From the IMG/VR virus record IMGVR_UViG_3300008262_003578: a stretch of 64,000 bases of DNA; one strand, given 5' to 3'. Shown in pieces: positions 48,863 to 57,550 of the stretch. The notes below the pieces were generated by a model that saw only the letters and a program-made list of their open reading frames with translations, was not told where the DNA came from and searched no databases. The translations under genes were made by a program, and so were the position numbers. The first letter of the stretch is position 1. The number at the start of each line of letters is the position of its first letter. Source of the stretch: a virus.

Positions 48863-49060
48863 ATGAAATTAAAAGAACTTAAAGAATGGTTAAATTCTCT
48901 ACCCGAAGAATTTGATGATTATTCTTGCGTCAATGGGGAAGAGGGTATTATTAACGAAGAATATAGATATAGGGTTGATAAAGCGATAGTTGCTGGCTTT
49001 GTTGATGAGGAAAACAAAGAAGTAGTATTGTGTCATCAAGAAGAAATCAATTTAAATTAA
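48863..49060 (+). CDS. Small hypothetical protein
   Basis: MKLKELKEWLNSLPEEFD; start moved to 48863. Confidence 0.7.
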   Translation: MKLKELKEWLNSLPEEFDDYSCVNGEEGIINEEYRYRVDKAIVAGFVDEENKEVVLCHQEEINLN

Positions 49061-49061
49061 A

Positions 49062-49583
49062 ATGAAATATTATAAAATTATAATTGGAGGCAGAGGGTCC
49101 GAAATATACCCCTTCAAAATCAACGAAGAACAGTTTGATACTTTCTATAACGAAGATGTTGAAGGTGATAATATGGAATATGACGATATATGTCAAATAC
49201 TTGAAGTTGAATCTTTTTTTGATAGTCCTGAAGAAACAATTATGGGTGTTTATCCTGACGCATTATATTTTAGAGTGGAGAATGAAGATGGTGAAATAAT
49301 CTATGAAACAGAAAAGGTTGACTATGATAACATAGAATTCCAAGACAAATATTGTGATGAAGGTTTGTATTTGTTTATTGAGGATTATTGTAAGGGTGAA
49401 CATGTAATTTATGATATACCATTAGAGGGCGAATTTAATCCTGAACTACTTAAATTATCTCTAACAAACATTGGCGATATGATTGAATTAGTCACGGGAA
49501 TTACTTATAATGGTGATGACCATAACATTTATAAAGGTTATGGTGATACATCAAGTAAAGGTTATCATTACCATTTAAAATAA
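49062..49583 (+). CDS. Acidic hypothetical protein
   Basis: 173-aa ORF. Confidence 0.7.
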   Translation: MKYYKIIIGGRGSEIYPFKINEEQFDTFYNEDVEGDNMEYDDICQILEVESFFDSPEETIMGVYPDALYFRVENEDGEIIYETEKVDYDNIEFQDKYCDEGLYLFIEDYCKGEHVIYDIPLEGEFNPELLKLSLTNIGDMIELVTGITYNGDDHNIYKGYGDTSSKGYHYHLK

Positions 49584-49590
49584 AGTTAAT

Positions 49591-50457
49591 ATGATAGAAA
49601 ATTATTTAGGAAAAATCACCAATGGTGATTGTGTTAAAGTGATGTCGGAAATGCCGATTGATTCGGTTGATTTAATTGTTACATCACCACCTTATGGAGT
49701 CGGGATTGCCTATGACGTACACGACGATGATGTATATTTTGATGAGTATCTTAAATTTACCAAAGAGTGGTTGACTGAAGCTTACCAAATATTAAAAGAT
49801 GATGGTAGGATTGCGTTAAACATTCCTTATGAAATTAATAGACAAGACAAAGGAGGTAGAATATTTTTTGTATCCGAAGTATACCAAGTAATGAAACGAA
49901 TTGGTTTTAAGTTCTTTGGTATTGTTGACCTTGAAGAAGATTCACCTCATCGTAGTAAAACAACTGCTTGGGGTTCATGGATGAGTCCGAGTTCGCCGTA
50001 CATATATAACCCGAAGGAATGTGTGATTTTAGCGTACAAAAACAAACACATTAAGAAAGTTAAGGGTGAACCACAATGGAAGGGTGAAACCGTAGAGATT
50101 GAACAAGAAGACGGAACATTCAAAAAGAAAGTGGTATACGATGAAATGGATAAGAAAGAGTTTATGGAATTGGTGTTCGGTCAGTGGAAGTATTTTGCGG
50201 ACACTAAATCATTAACTAAAGCAACATTCTCAATGGATATCCCAACGAAAGCCATAAAAATATTATCATATAAGAATGATGTAATATTAGACCCATTCGC
50301 GGGTTCAGGAACAAGTTTGGTTGCTGCTGAGATATTAGATAGAAGATGGATAGGTATTGAATTATCACCTAACTATCAACAAATTGCAACAGAACGAGTC
50401 CAAGCATTTGTTGAACAAAAAAGACAACAACAATTAGAATTTGAGAATCCCCAATAA
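49591..50457 (+). CDS. Site-specific DNA methyltransferase (beta class, N4-C/N6-A)
   Basis: DLIVTSPPY catalytic motif before ILDPFAGSGTS SAM-binding motif. Confidence 0.9.
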   Translation: MIENYLGKITNGDCVKVMSEMPIDSVDLIVTSPPYGVGIAYDVHDDDVYFDEYLKFTKEWLTEAYQILKDDGRIALNIPYEINRQDKGGRIFFVSEVYQVMKRIGFKFFGIVDLEEDSPHRSKTTAWGSWMSPSSPYIYNPKECVILAYKNKHIKKVKGEPQWKGETVEIEQEDGTFKKKVVYDEMDKKEFMELVFGQWKYFADTKSLTKATFSMDIPTKAIKILSYKNDVILDPFAGSGTSLVAAEILDRRWIGIELSPNYQQIATERVQAFVEQKRQQQLEFENPQ

Positions 50458-50490
50458 AAGTTGGGGTTTTTTGTTTATTCTAATATTTAT
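50449..50490 (+). terminator. Terminator followed by TATTTAT (50484-50490)
   Basis: ccccaa/ttgggg stem + T-run. Confidence 0.65.
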
Positions 50491-50502
50491 AGAATAAATA
50501 AA

Positions 50503-51618
50503 ATGTCAATGAATGGTATAGTATTAACAGAGTCAGAACTTAAATCAAAGATGACTCAAATATATAAGGAAGAGTTTTTCAACATCTTAGAAGAAAAGTG
50601 GTCAAAACTTAGTATTGATGATAAAACTTTTGTTGTTGAATTCCTAAAAGCAACTTACCCTGAAAAAGCTAAATTAATTAATGAATCTAAATGGTATAAT
50701 ACTATTGGGGATATTGTTGGTATATTTGACCCAACAGGTGTTGTAGATTTAATTAACGGTATTAGTTATTGGAGACAAGGTGATAAATTATTCGCTTTAT
50801 TGTCATTTATATCTGTTTTACCTTATTTAGGTGATGTTTTAGCCAAACCTGTTGTAGGGGCGATTAAGATAGGTGGTGATAGTATGAAAGCGTTTAAAGC
50901 GGCAACTGTTGCTGGTGATGCGGTTAAGATGGCGTCTACCGCTGAAAAAATTGGTGGACCTGTTGCTAAGTTAGTAGAAACAGCTCCAAAATGGGCAACC
51001 AAGTTAATTGAAATATTAAGAGCGTCAGTGGGTAAAGTTCCTTATTTAGGTCCAAGATTAGTTAATTTGATTGAGGAGTTTATTAGATTATTCACAAAAG
51101 GTAGTAGATATATGAAGGCTGAGGGTGAAATACTTAAGTCAGGATTAAAAGGTGAAAAAGCATTATCTGCTGCTGAGAAAGAAGAGTTCGCCAAATTAAT
51201 GGGACAACAAACAGGGTTCAGAGGTTTTAGAGATTACGGTCAAGGAAAAAATTATTTAAAATATATTACATCAGATGCCTCTTTATGGCAAAAATTTACG
51301 GCAGGTGCCCCTAGATTGTTTGGCAATGCTGCAACAAGGTCATTAATGAGACGAACTAAATGGTATTTAGGTTTACTTGATAGTTTGGGTATTGGAAACT
51401 TTGTAGGACCTAATGAATTAATAAAACAAGTACCAAATCTTGATGATGAAATTGAGGATTACAATAAAACCGCTAAAGCTAAAAAATACTGGAATGAAGA
51501 TTTTGGAGGTGATAGTGAAGTTGAAGACTCATCAATGAAAACTGACGATTCATTAAAAGATAATAAATTTAAATTAGACCCAATAGGTAGTCTATTGTCA
51601 TCAATTTTTGCTAAGTAA
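50503..51618 (+). CDS. Protein with N-terminal LTESEL tag and pre-toxin (PT-TG-like) segment
   Basis: DIVGIFDPTGVVDLINGISYWRQGDKLFALLSFISVLPYLGDVLAK; start moved to 50503. Confidence 0.55.
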   Translation: MSMNGIVLTESELKSKMTQIYKEEFFNILEEKWSKLSIDDKTFVVEFLKATYPEKAKLINESKWYNTIGDIVGIFDPTGVVDLINGISYWRQGDKLFALLSFISVLPYLGDVLAKPVVGAIKIGGDSMKAFKAATVAGDAVKMASTAEKIGGPVAKLVETAPKWATKLIEILRASVGKVPYLGPRLVNLIEEFIRLFTKGSRYMKAEGEILKSGLKGEKALSAAEKEEFAKLMGQQTGFRGFRDYGQGKNYLKYITSDASLWQKFTAGAPRLFGNAATRSLMRRTKWYLGLLDSLGIGNFVGPNELIKQVPNLDDEIEDYNKTAKAKKYWNEDFGGDSEVEDSSMKTDDSLKDNKFKLDPIGSLLSSIFAK

Positions 51619-51619
51619 T

Positions 51620-53182
51620 ATGAAAAAAAAGGTAAGATTAACAGAATCAGAATTAAAAACTGTCATCAAAAAAATTATTACTGAATCAGGTATTAGAGAT
51701 ATTACTAAATTTTTAGGTTCTGACAGTGATGATGAAATGGGTAATATTCATGAAAGATACAAGAAAGCAAAAATTTATTTTCATCAAGATTTGGATGGGG
51801 TAACAACGGCAATTGCAATGAAAAAGTATCTTGAGAATCAAGGTTTTGAAGTTGTTGATTGTGAAGTTATACAATATGGTGAAAAAGAATGGGCGATAAA
51901 GAAACCTGACGCTAAAGGTGAGGTTATGCCTGTGTTAGTGGACTTTGCTCACGGAAAACCAATGTTTAAAATACATACAGACCACCACGATAGCCAAGCG
52001 GGTGTTGAAAAAGGTACATCAACAAGTTTCAAACATTCAAGGTCAAATGTTGAGACGATATCACAAACGGTCTCTCCAAAAGAATTATTTTCAGATGTTG
52101 ATTTATTTATAATCTCAACAGTAGACTCGGCTAATTACGCTATGAATAATATTACTCCCAAGATGGTTATGAATTTCATATTTAGTTTTGATGAAAATAA
52201 AACTAGTAGAGAGAATATGGTTATGTTGGGACTTGTTACCAACAAACTATTATTGGCTTATAAGAATTATCCTAAATTTATGGAGGATTTGGTTATGCGT
52301 TCTGAACCATCTATTAAAGGTATCTATAATCTTATTAAACAATTTGCAATAGAAAGGAATTATGCAGATATTGATACAATGATAAAAAACCAAGAAAAAT
52401 ATATTAAAGATAGAAAAGAAGGTACTGCGACTAATGCTGGTGTTCAGGTTATCGGTAATATTTTAACACAATTTGATTTAGGTCATATGAAGAAAGGTTC
52501 ATATGATAGATATATCCCATTTGAATTATATCCTGATGCTGACTTTTTAGTTACTGGTATGGCATCAGTCGGTATGGTCCAAGCATCTTGTAATCCATTT
52601 AAAAAAGAACGAGCTCTTAAAGGGATTGATTTAGGTAAAATCAAAGATGAAGTATTAGAATTTTTTAAACCTGAGTTAGAACAACAAATATTACCATATT
52701 CGCTTATTAAAAAGATATCTGAAAGAAGTGCAACTGAAGATTCTGTTGGTTTCACTAAAAGAGATATGGAAGCAATATATGGTGAAATGCCGTCTTATAA
52801 CGGAAACTCAATTAATGGGTATGATTTTTTAGATGCTAATTCAGGTGGTCATAAATGTATAACAAATATTTCGGGTATTAATTTCATATATAGTAATTAT
52901 GCTAAACCATATACTAAAGATTTACCTGAAGAATTATTACCAATTGCTAATTACAAAGGTGATAATGATTTTGTTAAAGACATAAAAGGTAAACTTCTAA
53001 AATATAGAAAATTGTCACCTAAACAAGTTGAAGCGGCCATGAGACAAATTAATAAAGAAAATGAAGGTTCTGAAGATGTGAAGGAAAGAACAACTAGAGA
53101 TTTGATTATGGATATGAGAAATAAGTTTATTGAGATATTACAAAGAAAAATTGACGAAGAGGGTGGTTTAGATGTGGACTAA
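51620..53182 (+). CDS. DHH-family phosphoesterase with N-terminal tag and inserted 46-aa module
   Basis: FHQDLDG, VDFA, TDHH motifs; MKKKVRLTESELKTVIKKIITE; start moved to 51620. Confidence 0.75.
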   Translation: MKKKVRLTESELKTVIKKIITESGIRDITKFLGSDSDDEMGNIHERYKKAKIYFHQDLDGVTTAIAMKKYLENQGFEVVDCEVIQYGEKEWAIKKPDAKGEVMPVLVDFAHGKPMFKIHTDHHDSQAGVEKGTSTSFKHSRSNVETISQTVSPKELFSDVDLFIISTVDSANYAMNNITPKMVMNFIFSFDENKTSRENMVMLGLVTNKLLLAYKNYPKFMEDLVMRSEPSIKGIYNLIKQFAIERNYADIDTMIKNQEKYIKDRKEGTATNAGVQVIGNILTQFDLGHMKKGSYDRYIPFELYPDADFLVTGMASVGMVQASCNPFKKERALKGIDLGKIKDEVLEFFKPELEQQILPYSLIKKISERSATEDSVGFTKRDMEAIYGEMPSYNGNSINGYDFLDANSGGHKCITNISGINFIYSNYAKPYTKDLPEELLPIANYKGDNDFVKDIKGKLLKYRKLSPKQVEAAMRQINKENEGSEDVKERTTRDLIMDMRNKFIEILQRKIDEEGGLDVD

Positions 53183-53509
53183 ATCACCCACTTTAATTCC
53201 ATTCTTTTTACAAGTACCACCTTTAACTTCCAATATAAAATCTCCTTCACCACAGTAGTTAGTACAATCATCTGACTTACACGGAGGACAATCATGATGA
53301 ATCTCGGTAATCCTACCATCTTCAATGTAAATAATGTCTAATGGGATTATACAATTCTTCATCCAAAAACAATGTTCACCTTCGTCCATAATGAATAACA
53401 TTCCGTTGAATTCTGTATTGAACTTTTTGTTCATCATACCATTGATGGTATCTTTTTTAGAAACTACAGTTTTTACTTTGAATTTCTTTTTGTTTATACT
53501 TATAATCAT
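53168..53509 (-). CDS. DUF192 family protein
   Basis: GMLF, FWMKNC.IPLDIIYI, ILEVKGG...GIKVGD. Confidence 0.88.
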   Translation of the reverse strand: MIISINKKKFKVKTVVSKKDTINGMMNKKFNTEFNGMLFIMDEGEHCFWMKNCIIPLDIIYIEDGRITEIHHDCPPCKSDDCTNYCGEGDFILEVKGGTCKKNGIKVGDLVHI

Positions 53510-53523
53510 ATACTGATAAATAT

Positions 53524-53934
53524 ATGAATACTGATAAAATGAAAGTTGTTTCTGGTACGATTATCCAATACGGTGATAAGGTATTAATGTGTAAAAGAGC
53601 TGAAAAACAAGCGTATGGTGGTGAGTGGTCTATTCCTTTAGGTAAGGTTAATACTAATGAAAGTCCGATTAACGGAGCAAAACGGGAGTTTTTTGAAGAA
53701 ACTAATATCAAGTTAACTGGTGATATTAAATTAATTGATATTATTACAAGAGATAACGGAACCATAATATATGTTTATTATAAAAATAGTGGTAAAGAAT
53801 TAATACCTGACCTTGAGAATGCTAAGGATGGTAAAGAACACACTCAGTGTGGTTACTATGGTAAAGATGATTTACCTTTCGGTGAAAAATATGATGAAAT
53901 TTATGAAATTATTAAAAGAGTATTAGGAAAATAA
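53524..53934 (+). CDS. NUDIX hydrolase
   Basis: WSIPLGKVNTNESPINGAKREFFEETNI Nudix box. Confidence 0.85.
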   Translation: MNTDKMKVVSGTIIQYGDKVLMCKRAEKQAYGGEWSIPLGKVNTNESPINGAKREFFEETNIKLTGDIKLIDIITRDNGTIIYVYYKNSGKELIPDLENAKDGKEHTQCGYYGKDDLPFGEKYDEIYEIIKRVLGK

Positions 53935-53946
53935 TAATACTTTACA

Positions 53947-53954
53947 TATATTTG
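53947..53954 (+). promoter_or_regulatory. Bacteroidetes-type -7 element
   Basis: TATATTTG upstream of ATG 53980. Confidence 0.55.
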
Positions 53955-53979
53955 TATTCATCAAACAATCACCACCACA

Positions 53980-54720
53980 ATGACAACAGAAACAAAACAA
54001 TCCTTAAAAGAGAAAGTATTAGCCCAAAGAAATTCTGTTATTAAACAGATGAAACAACATATTGCCGATATAGGTAAGATTGAATCTGAGTACGAAAAAT
54101 ACTTCGCAGAAATCAAAAAACACTCTCCTGACTTCGCATTAACCAAAACCGCAAAACGATATGCTAAAGATGTATATTTTCGTCAAGGGGTAAACAATGA
54201 GGCGGTCCTTGTTGATACTATTGAAATGTCATATAATGAGTGTCGTATTAGTTATGTTGGTAAATTACCTGAAAAATATATTAATACTATTGATATTGTA
54301 GTAGAAGAGCATAAAACTTCAGGTAGACGCTCTTGGAATATAACCAATCACGGATTCAAATTAAGATTGAGAATGGATTGGGGTAAAGAAGTGTATTACA
54401 AATCAGTAAAGACCTTTGTCAATAAAATCACTGATTTCGTTAATCTAAAGTGGGCGGCCTATGACCACCAAATTCTCTTAGAGAAAAAGAGAGAGATGGC
54501 TCTTAATTACGCAAGAGTTCAGTTTAACACTAATAGTATCAGTATGATGGATGCGACAACTATCAGAGTTGTCTACGATAATGGAGCTGAGGTTAGAGTT
54601 CAATACAATGTTAATATTGAGACTGGTGAGGTTAAACTTATCTTGGGTGCGGTAAGACCACCAAAAAATAATAGTAATGAGGTAATGATTAATTTCGCTA
54701 ACTCACTTGGTAGTTTATAA
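53980..54720 (+). CDS. Hypothetical (early) protein
   Basis: 246 aa; host-type promoter; higher C/G third-position usage. Confidence 0.75.
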   Translation: MTTETKQSLKEKVLAQRNSVIKQMKQHIADIGKIESEYEKYFAEIKKHSPDFALTKTAKRYAKDVYFRQGVNNEAVLVDTIEMSYNECRISYVGKLPEKYINTIDIVVEEHKTSGRRSWNITNHGFKLRLRMDWGKEVYYKSVKTFVNKITDFVNLKWAAYDHQILLEKKREMALNYARVQFNTNSISMMDATTIRVVYDNGAEVRVQYNVNIETGEVKLILGAVRPPKNNSNEVMINFANSLGSL

Positions 54721-54729
54721 TTTAAATTG

Positions 54730-54737
54730 TATATTTG
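54730..54737 (+). promoter_or_regulatory. Bacteroidetes-type -7 element
   Basis: TATATTTG upstream of ATG 54752. Confidence 0.55.
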
Positions 54738-54751
54738 TAAAAAATAAGGAT

Positions 54752-55027
54752 ATGAACATGACAAAACACAACATCAGAATCGTTCACGAGAAGTTTGGTA
54801 ATTTGGTAGATGAGTCCTTTGTTGACTCAACACAATTCAAATTGTTCCTTAAAATGGTTCATGGTTGTATTGAACTAAAGAACGACCTATCGTTCTTCAA
54901 CGGGACTGACTTCTTGATTCATATCCCATCTAAACACTTGGTTGATTGTATCATCATCACATCAATGGATGAGGTGAGTGTTGTAGACCAAGTTAGAAGT
55001 AAAGTTGAAGCATTGGTTACAAGATAA
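54752..55027 (+). CDS. Hypothetical (early) protein
   Basis: 91 aa; start moved to 54752. Confidence 0.7.
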   Translation: MNMTKHNIRIVHEKFGNLVDESFVDSTQFKLFLKMVHGCIELKNDLSFFNGTDFLIHIPSKHLVDCIIITSMDEVSVVDQVRSKVEALVTR

Positions 55028-55030
55028 TAT

Positions 55031-55112
55031 GTCGTTTCTCTGTATCGTATAACGGAGTGGTGGAAAATGCCGATTTCGGCCCCAAAGGGAGATGTAATGT
55101 CTCCCTTTTTTT
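55031..55112 (+). ncRNA. GC-enriched structured 3' element: two hairpins plus intrinsic terminator
   Basis: ctctgt/acggag (one G-U), gccg-attt-cggc, aagggagat/gtctccctt + T-run. Confidence 0.4.
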
Positions 55113-55113
55113 A

Positions 55114-55779
55114 TTATATTATTTTTGAACCTTTACTTAAATTATCTTTCGCCCATAAAGGTTGTAAATTATCTAACGAATTAACCACTGACATTTTTTC
55201 ATTTTTATCAAAACTTGATACTGGTTTAATATGGTCAATATGCCATTCACCCCTATTACTCCAAGACATACCCTCAAGGAATTTAGATTCAATATGTTCT
55301 TTTAAATCCTGAGCCGAATACCCTAACATCTCAATTGTTTTACTTTCTTTTTTTGTATTAAATCTTTTTAGTGAATTGTTTAATAAAGTCCTCCAAGAGA
55401 TGATATGTGCATTTTTTTCTTTATTTTTTTCTTTATTTTTTTGTTTTGATTTTCGTTGCAATAGTTTTAATTTTTCTTGATTATTTTCCCTGTATAATAA
55501 TTGTCTTTCTTTTATTTTATCTAAATTTTCATAATAGTATTTTCTAAATCGTTCTTTTTCTTTTTCATTATTTTTATCACGATATACTTTATTATATTTT
55601 GATTTATTTTTTTTGTTTTTTTCTAATATTATATTTTTATTATTTTTATAATACGCATTACTACGATTAATTGCGCATATATTACAATCAGACGATAAAC
55701 CATCTTTTCTGTTTTTGTTTTTATGGTATTCTGAAATACTTTTTTCTATTTTACAAATATTACAAATCTTTGTTTCCAT
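55114..55779 (-). CDS. HNH homing endonuclease with N-terminal Cys4 Zn module
   Basis: KICNICK...CNIC; WHIDHIKP...NLQPLW..DNLSK. Confidence 0.85.
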   Translation of the reverse strand: METKICNICKIEKSISEYHKNKNRKDGLSSDCNICAINRSNAYYKNNKNIILEKNKKNKSKYNKVYRDKNNEKEKERFRKYYYENLDKIKERQLLYRENNQEKLKLLQRKSKQKNKEKNKEKNAHIISWRTLLNNSLKRFNTKKESKTIEMLGYSAQDLKEHIESKFLEGMSWSNRGEWHIDHIKPVSSFDKNEKMSVVNSLDNLQPLWAKDNLSKGSKII

Positions 55780-55912
55780 AATATTCTTTTAATAACTTCT
55801 CAATTAACCTTGATTTATTTGTTAAATCATTTTCCATTTTTTTATTTAAATATGGACTCAAAGTTATTGATATTTTAACTTTTTTTTCTTGGAGTGTTTT
55901 TTTCTTTTCCAT
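55760..55912 (-). CDS. Ribbon-helix-helix-like protein (not in ORF track)
   Basis: MEKKKTLQEKKVKISITLSPYLNKKMENDLTNKSRLIEKLLKEYYGNKDL; TATTTAT at 55917-55923; overlaps HNH start by 20 nt. Confidence 0.7.
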   Translation of the reverse strand: MEKKKTLQEKKVKISITLSPYLNKKMENDLTNKSRLIEKLLKEYYGNKDL

Positions 55913-56000
55913 ATCAATAAATATCTGTAAAATCCGTAAAATCCTACTTTTGTTAGTGAATTTATTTAGAATTATGTAATATTTATAAAATAAAAGAAAT

Positions 56001-56315
56001 ATGAAACGAATTATAATATCTGAGAAGCAACTTGAAAGTTTGGTCGGAGCGTTAAGAAAGGTAAATGAGGAACATAAAGAAGGGTCTTATATGTCTAAGT
56101 CGCAATTGTATGTGATAGCGACATTAGCAATGACGATGTGGGAGAATATGGAAGATGGGGAACAATTAGAAGATTGGATGGAAAGTAAAATCGCTCAGTG
56201 TGAACAAAGTATTGTCTCCGTAGTTAAAACATTTATGTATGATGAATTTACGGATGAAAATGATATAGGAGGAATGAATAAGTTGGATTTCAAAGACATC
56301 GTAATAGGAAAATAA
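56001..56315 (+). CDS. Small tagged protein with LEDWMESKI motif
   Basis: MKRIIISEKQLESLV...; YMSKSQL...LEDWMESKI; TATTTAT at 55980-55986. Confidence 0.7.
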   Translation: MKRIIISEKQLESLVGALRKVNEEHKEGSYMSKSQLYVIATLAMTMWENMEDGEQLEDWMESKIAQCEQSIVSVVKTFMYDEFTDENDIGGMNKLDFKDIVIGK

Positions 56316-56326
56316 CAACAAACCAT

Positions 56327-56374
56327 TTGATAATTTGAAACCTTTAGTGTATAATTTACATTAAAGGTTTTTTA
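56327..56374 (+). terminator. 14-bp terminator hairpin overlapping TTGATA-17-TATAAT promoter
   Basis: aaacctttagtgta/tacattaaaggttt; -35 at 56327, -10 at 56350. Confidence 0.65.
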
Positions 56375-56386
56375 ATTTTATAACAT

Positions 56387-57016
56387 ATGGAACAGCCAAA
56401 ATTGATTAAGAGTGAAATGTATGATGACCACAGAGGTAGATTCGCACCATTACAATTACATTATACAAACAGAGGTGAATTAGATAAGGATTGGTTACAA
56501 AGTAATATCAGTATCTCAGATAAAAAATGGACGATTAGAGGACTTCATTTTCAAAATGGGTTATTTGCCCAATCAAAACTAATAAAAGTGATTCAAGGGT
56601 CAATTCTTGATTTTGTGGTTGATTTAAGATATGATTCGGAAAATTATTTGGAAGTTAAATTTTATGATTTAAAAGATAGTAATTCCCTTGATTTATATGT
56701 CCCAAAAGGATTTGCTCACGGATTCATTACAAGAACTGATAATACAATTGTTCAATATTTGGTTGACGCACCATATTCACCTGAAAGTGAAGGATGTTTA
56801 TATTGGAAAGAGTTACCAATAATTAAACAAAGAATTGGTGAATATATACCTGACTTTGATGAGGATAATGTTATCATATCGGATAAAGATAAATCAACTT
56901 ATAACATGCCAGAGTTATCACCATTGATTGAAGACTTGATTGGTGATTTAATTAAAAAATATCCAAACGATTTAGAGTTGGGTAAACAAATTAGACATCA
57001 TTTTAATCCATTCTAA
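56387..57016 (+). CDS. rmlC: dTDP-4-dehydrorhamnose 3,5-epimerase (RmlC) with C-terminal YPNDLELG extension
   Basis: DHRGRF, QSNISIS, IRGLHFQ, Q.KLIKVIQG.I.D.VVDLR, LYVPKGFAHGF, Y.VD.PY.PE.E, IISDKD. Confidence 0.88.
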   Translation: MEQPKLIKSEMYDDHRGRFAPLQLHYTNRGELDKDWLQSNISISDKKWTIRGLHFQNGLFAQSKLIKVIQGSILDFVVDLRYDSENYLEVKFYDLKDSNSLDLYVPKGFAHGFITRTDNTIVQYLVDAPYSPESEGCLYWKELPIIKQRIGEYIPDFDEDNVIISDKDKSTYNMPELSPLIEDLIGDLIKKYPNDLELGKQIRHHFNPF

Positions 57017-57038
57017 AACCTAATCACTAAAATAAATG

Positions 57039-57077
57039 AAGTCCATCGGAGTAATTTCTGATGGACTTTATATTTAT
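57039..57077 (+). terminator. Terminator followed by TATTTAT (57071-57077)
   Basis: aagtccatcgga/tctgatggactt stem. Confidence 0.65.
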
Positions 57078-57094
57078 ATATAAATTATAATATT

Positions 57095-57550
57095 ATGGGA
57101 CTAATTGATGACGAGAACTTCAAACGAGTTTTAAAAAGAAGCCTTAAAGAGGAGGAAGAAGAAAAACAAGAAAAATCTGAAGGTTCAGGTGGTTTCAAAA
57201 AGATGATGGAAAAAATTCTTCATTCAAGAACACAAATACATATATTTCATTTGCAAACTAAATCATATGCAGAACATATTGCATTAAACGAGTTTTACGA
57301 TGGAGTTATTGGGTTATTTGATGGATTAGTTGAATCTTATCAAGGTAAGTATGGTATTATAACAAATTACGAATGTGACGGATTTGAAGATTATTCAAGC
57401 GGGGAACAAGTGATTAAGTATTTAAAAGATTTAGAATCTAGTATTGAGGACCTAAGAAAATCAGTTAAAGAATCTTATTTACAGAATCAGATTGATACCG
57501 TAGAAGAATTAATTAACTCAACATTATATAAGTTAAGATTTTTAAAATGA
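57095..57550 (+). CDS. DUF5856-like ferritin-fold protein with N-terminal tag
   Basis: HIFHLQTKSYAEH.AL.EFYD...D.LVESYQGKYG...LQN.ID...LI..T.YKL.FL. Confidence 0.8.
   Translation: MGLIDDENFKRVLKRSLKEEEEEKQEKSEGSGGFKKMMEKILHSRTQIHIFHLQTKSYAEHIALNEFYDGVIGLFDGLVESYQGKYGIITNYECDGFEDYSSGEQVIKYLKDLESSIEDLRKSVKESYLQNQIDTVEELINSTLYKLRFLK

Noticed and set aside
55031-55112. tRNA gene
   Set aside because: No cloverleaf, T-loop (TTCRA in correct context) or acceptor stem; no tRNA recognised anywhere in the window
55067-55312. 81-aa plus-strand ORF
   Set aside because: Runs through a terminator and antisense to the HNH gene
55860-55912. Apparent frameshift in the A-runs of the RHH gene
   Set aside because: Careful codon count gives a continuous frame (MEKKKTLQEKKVKISITL...)
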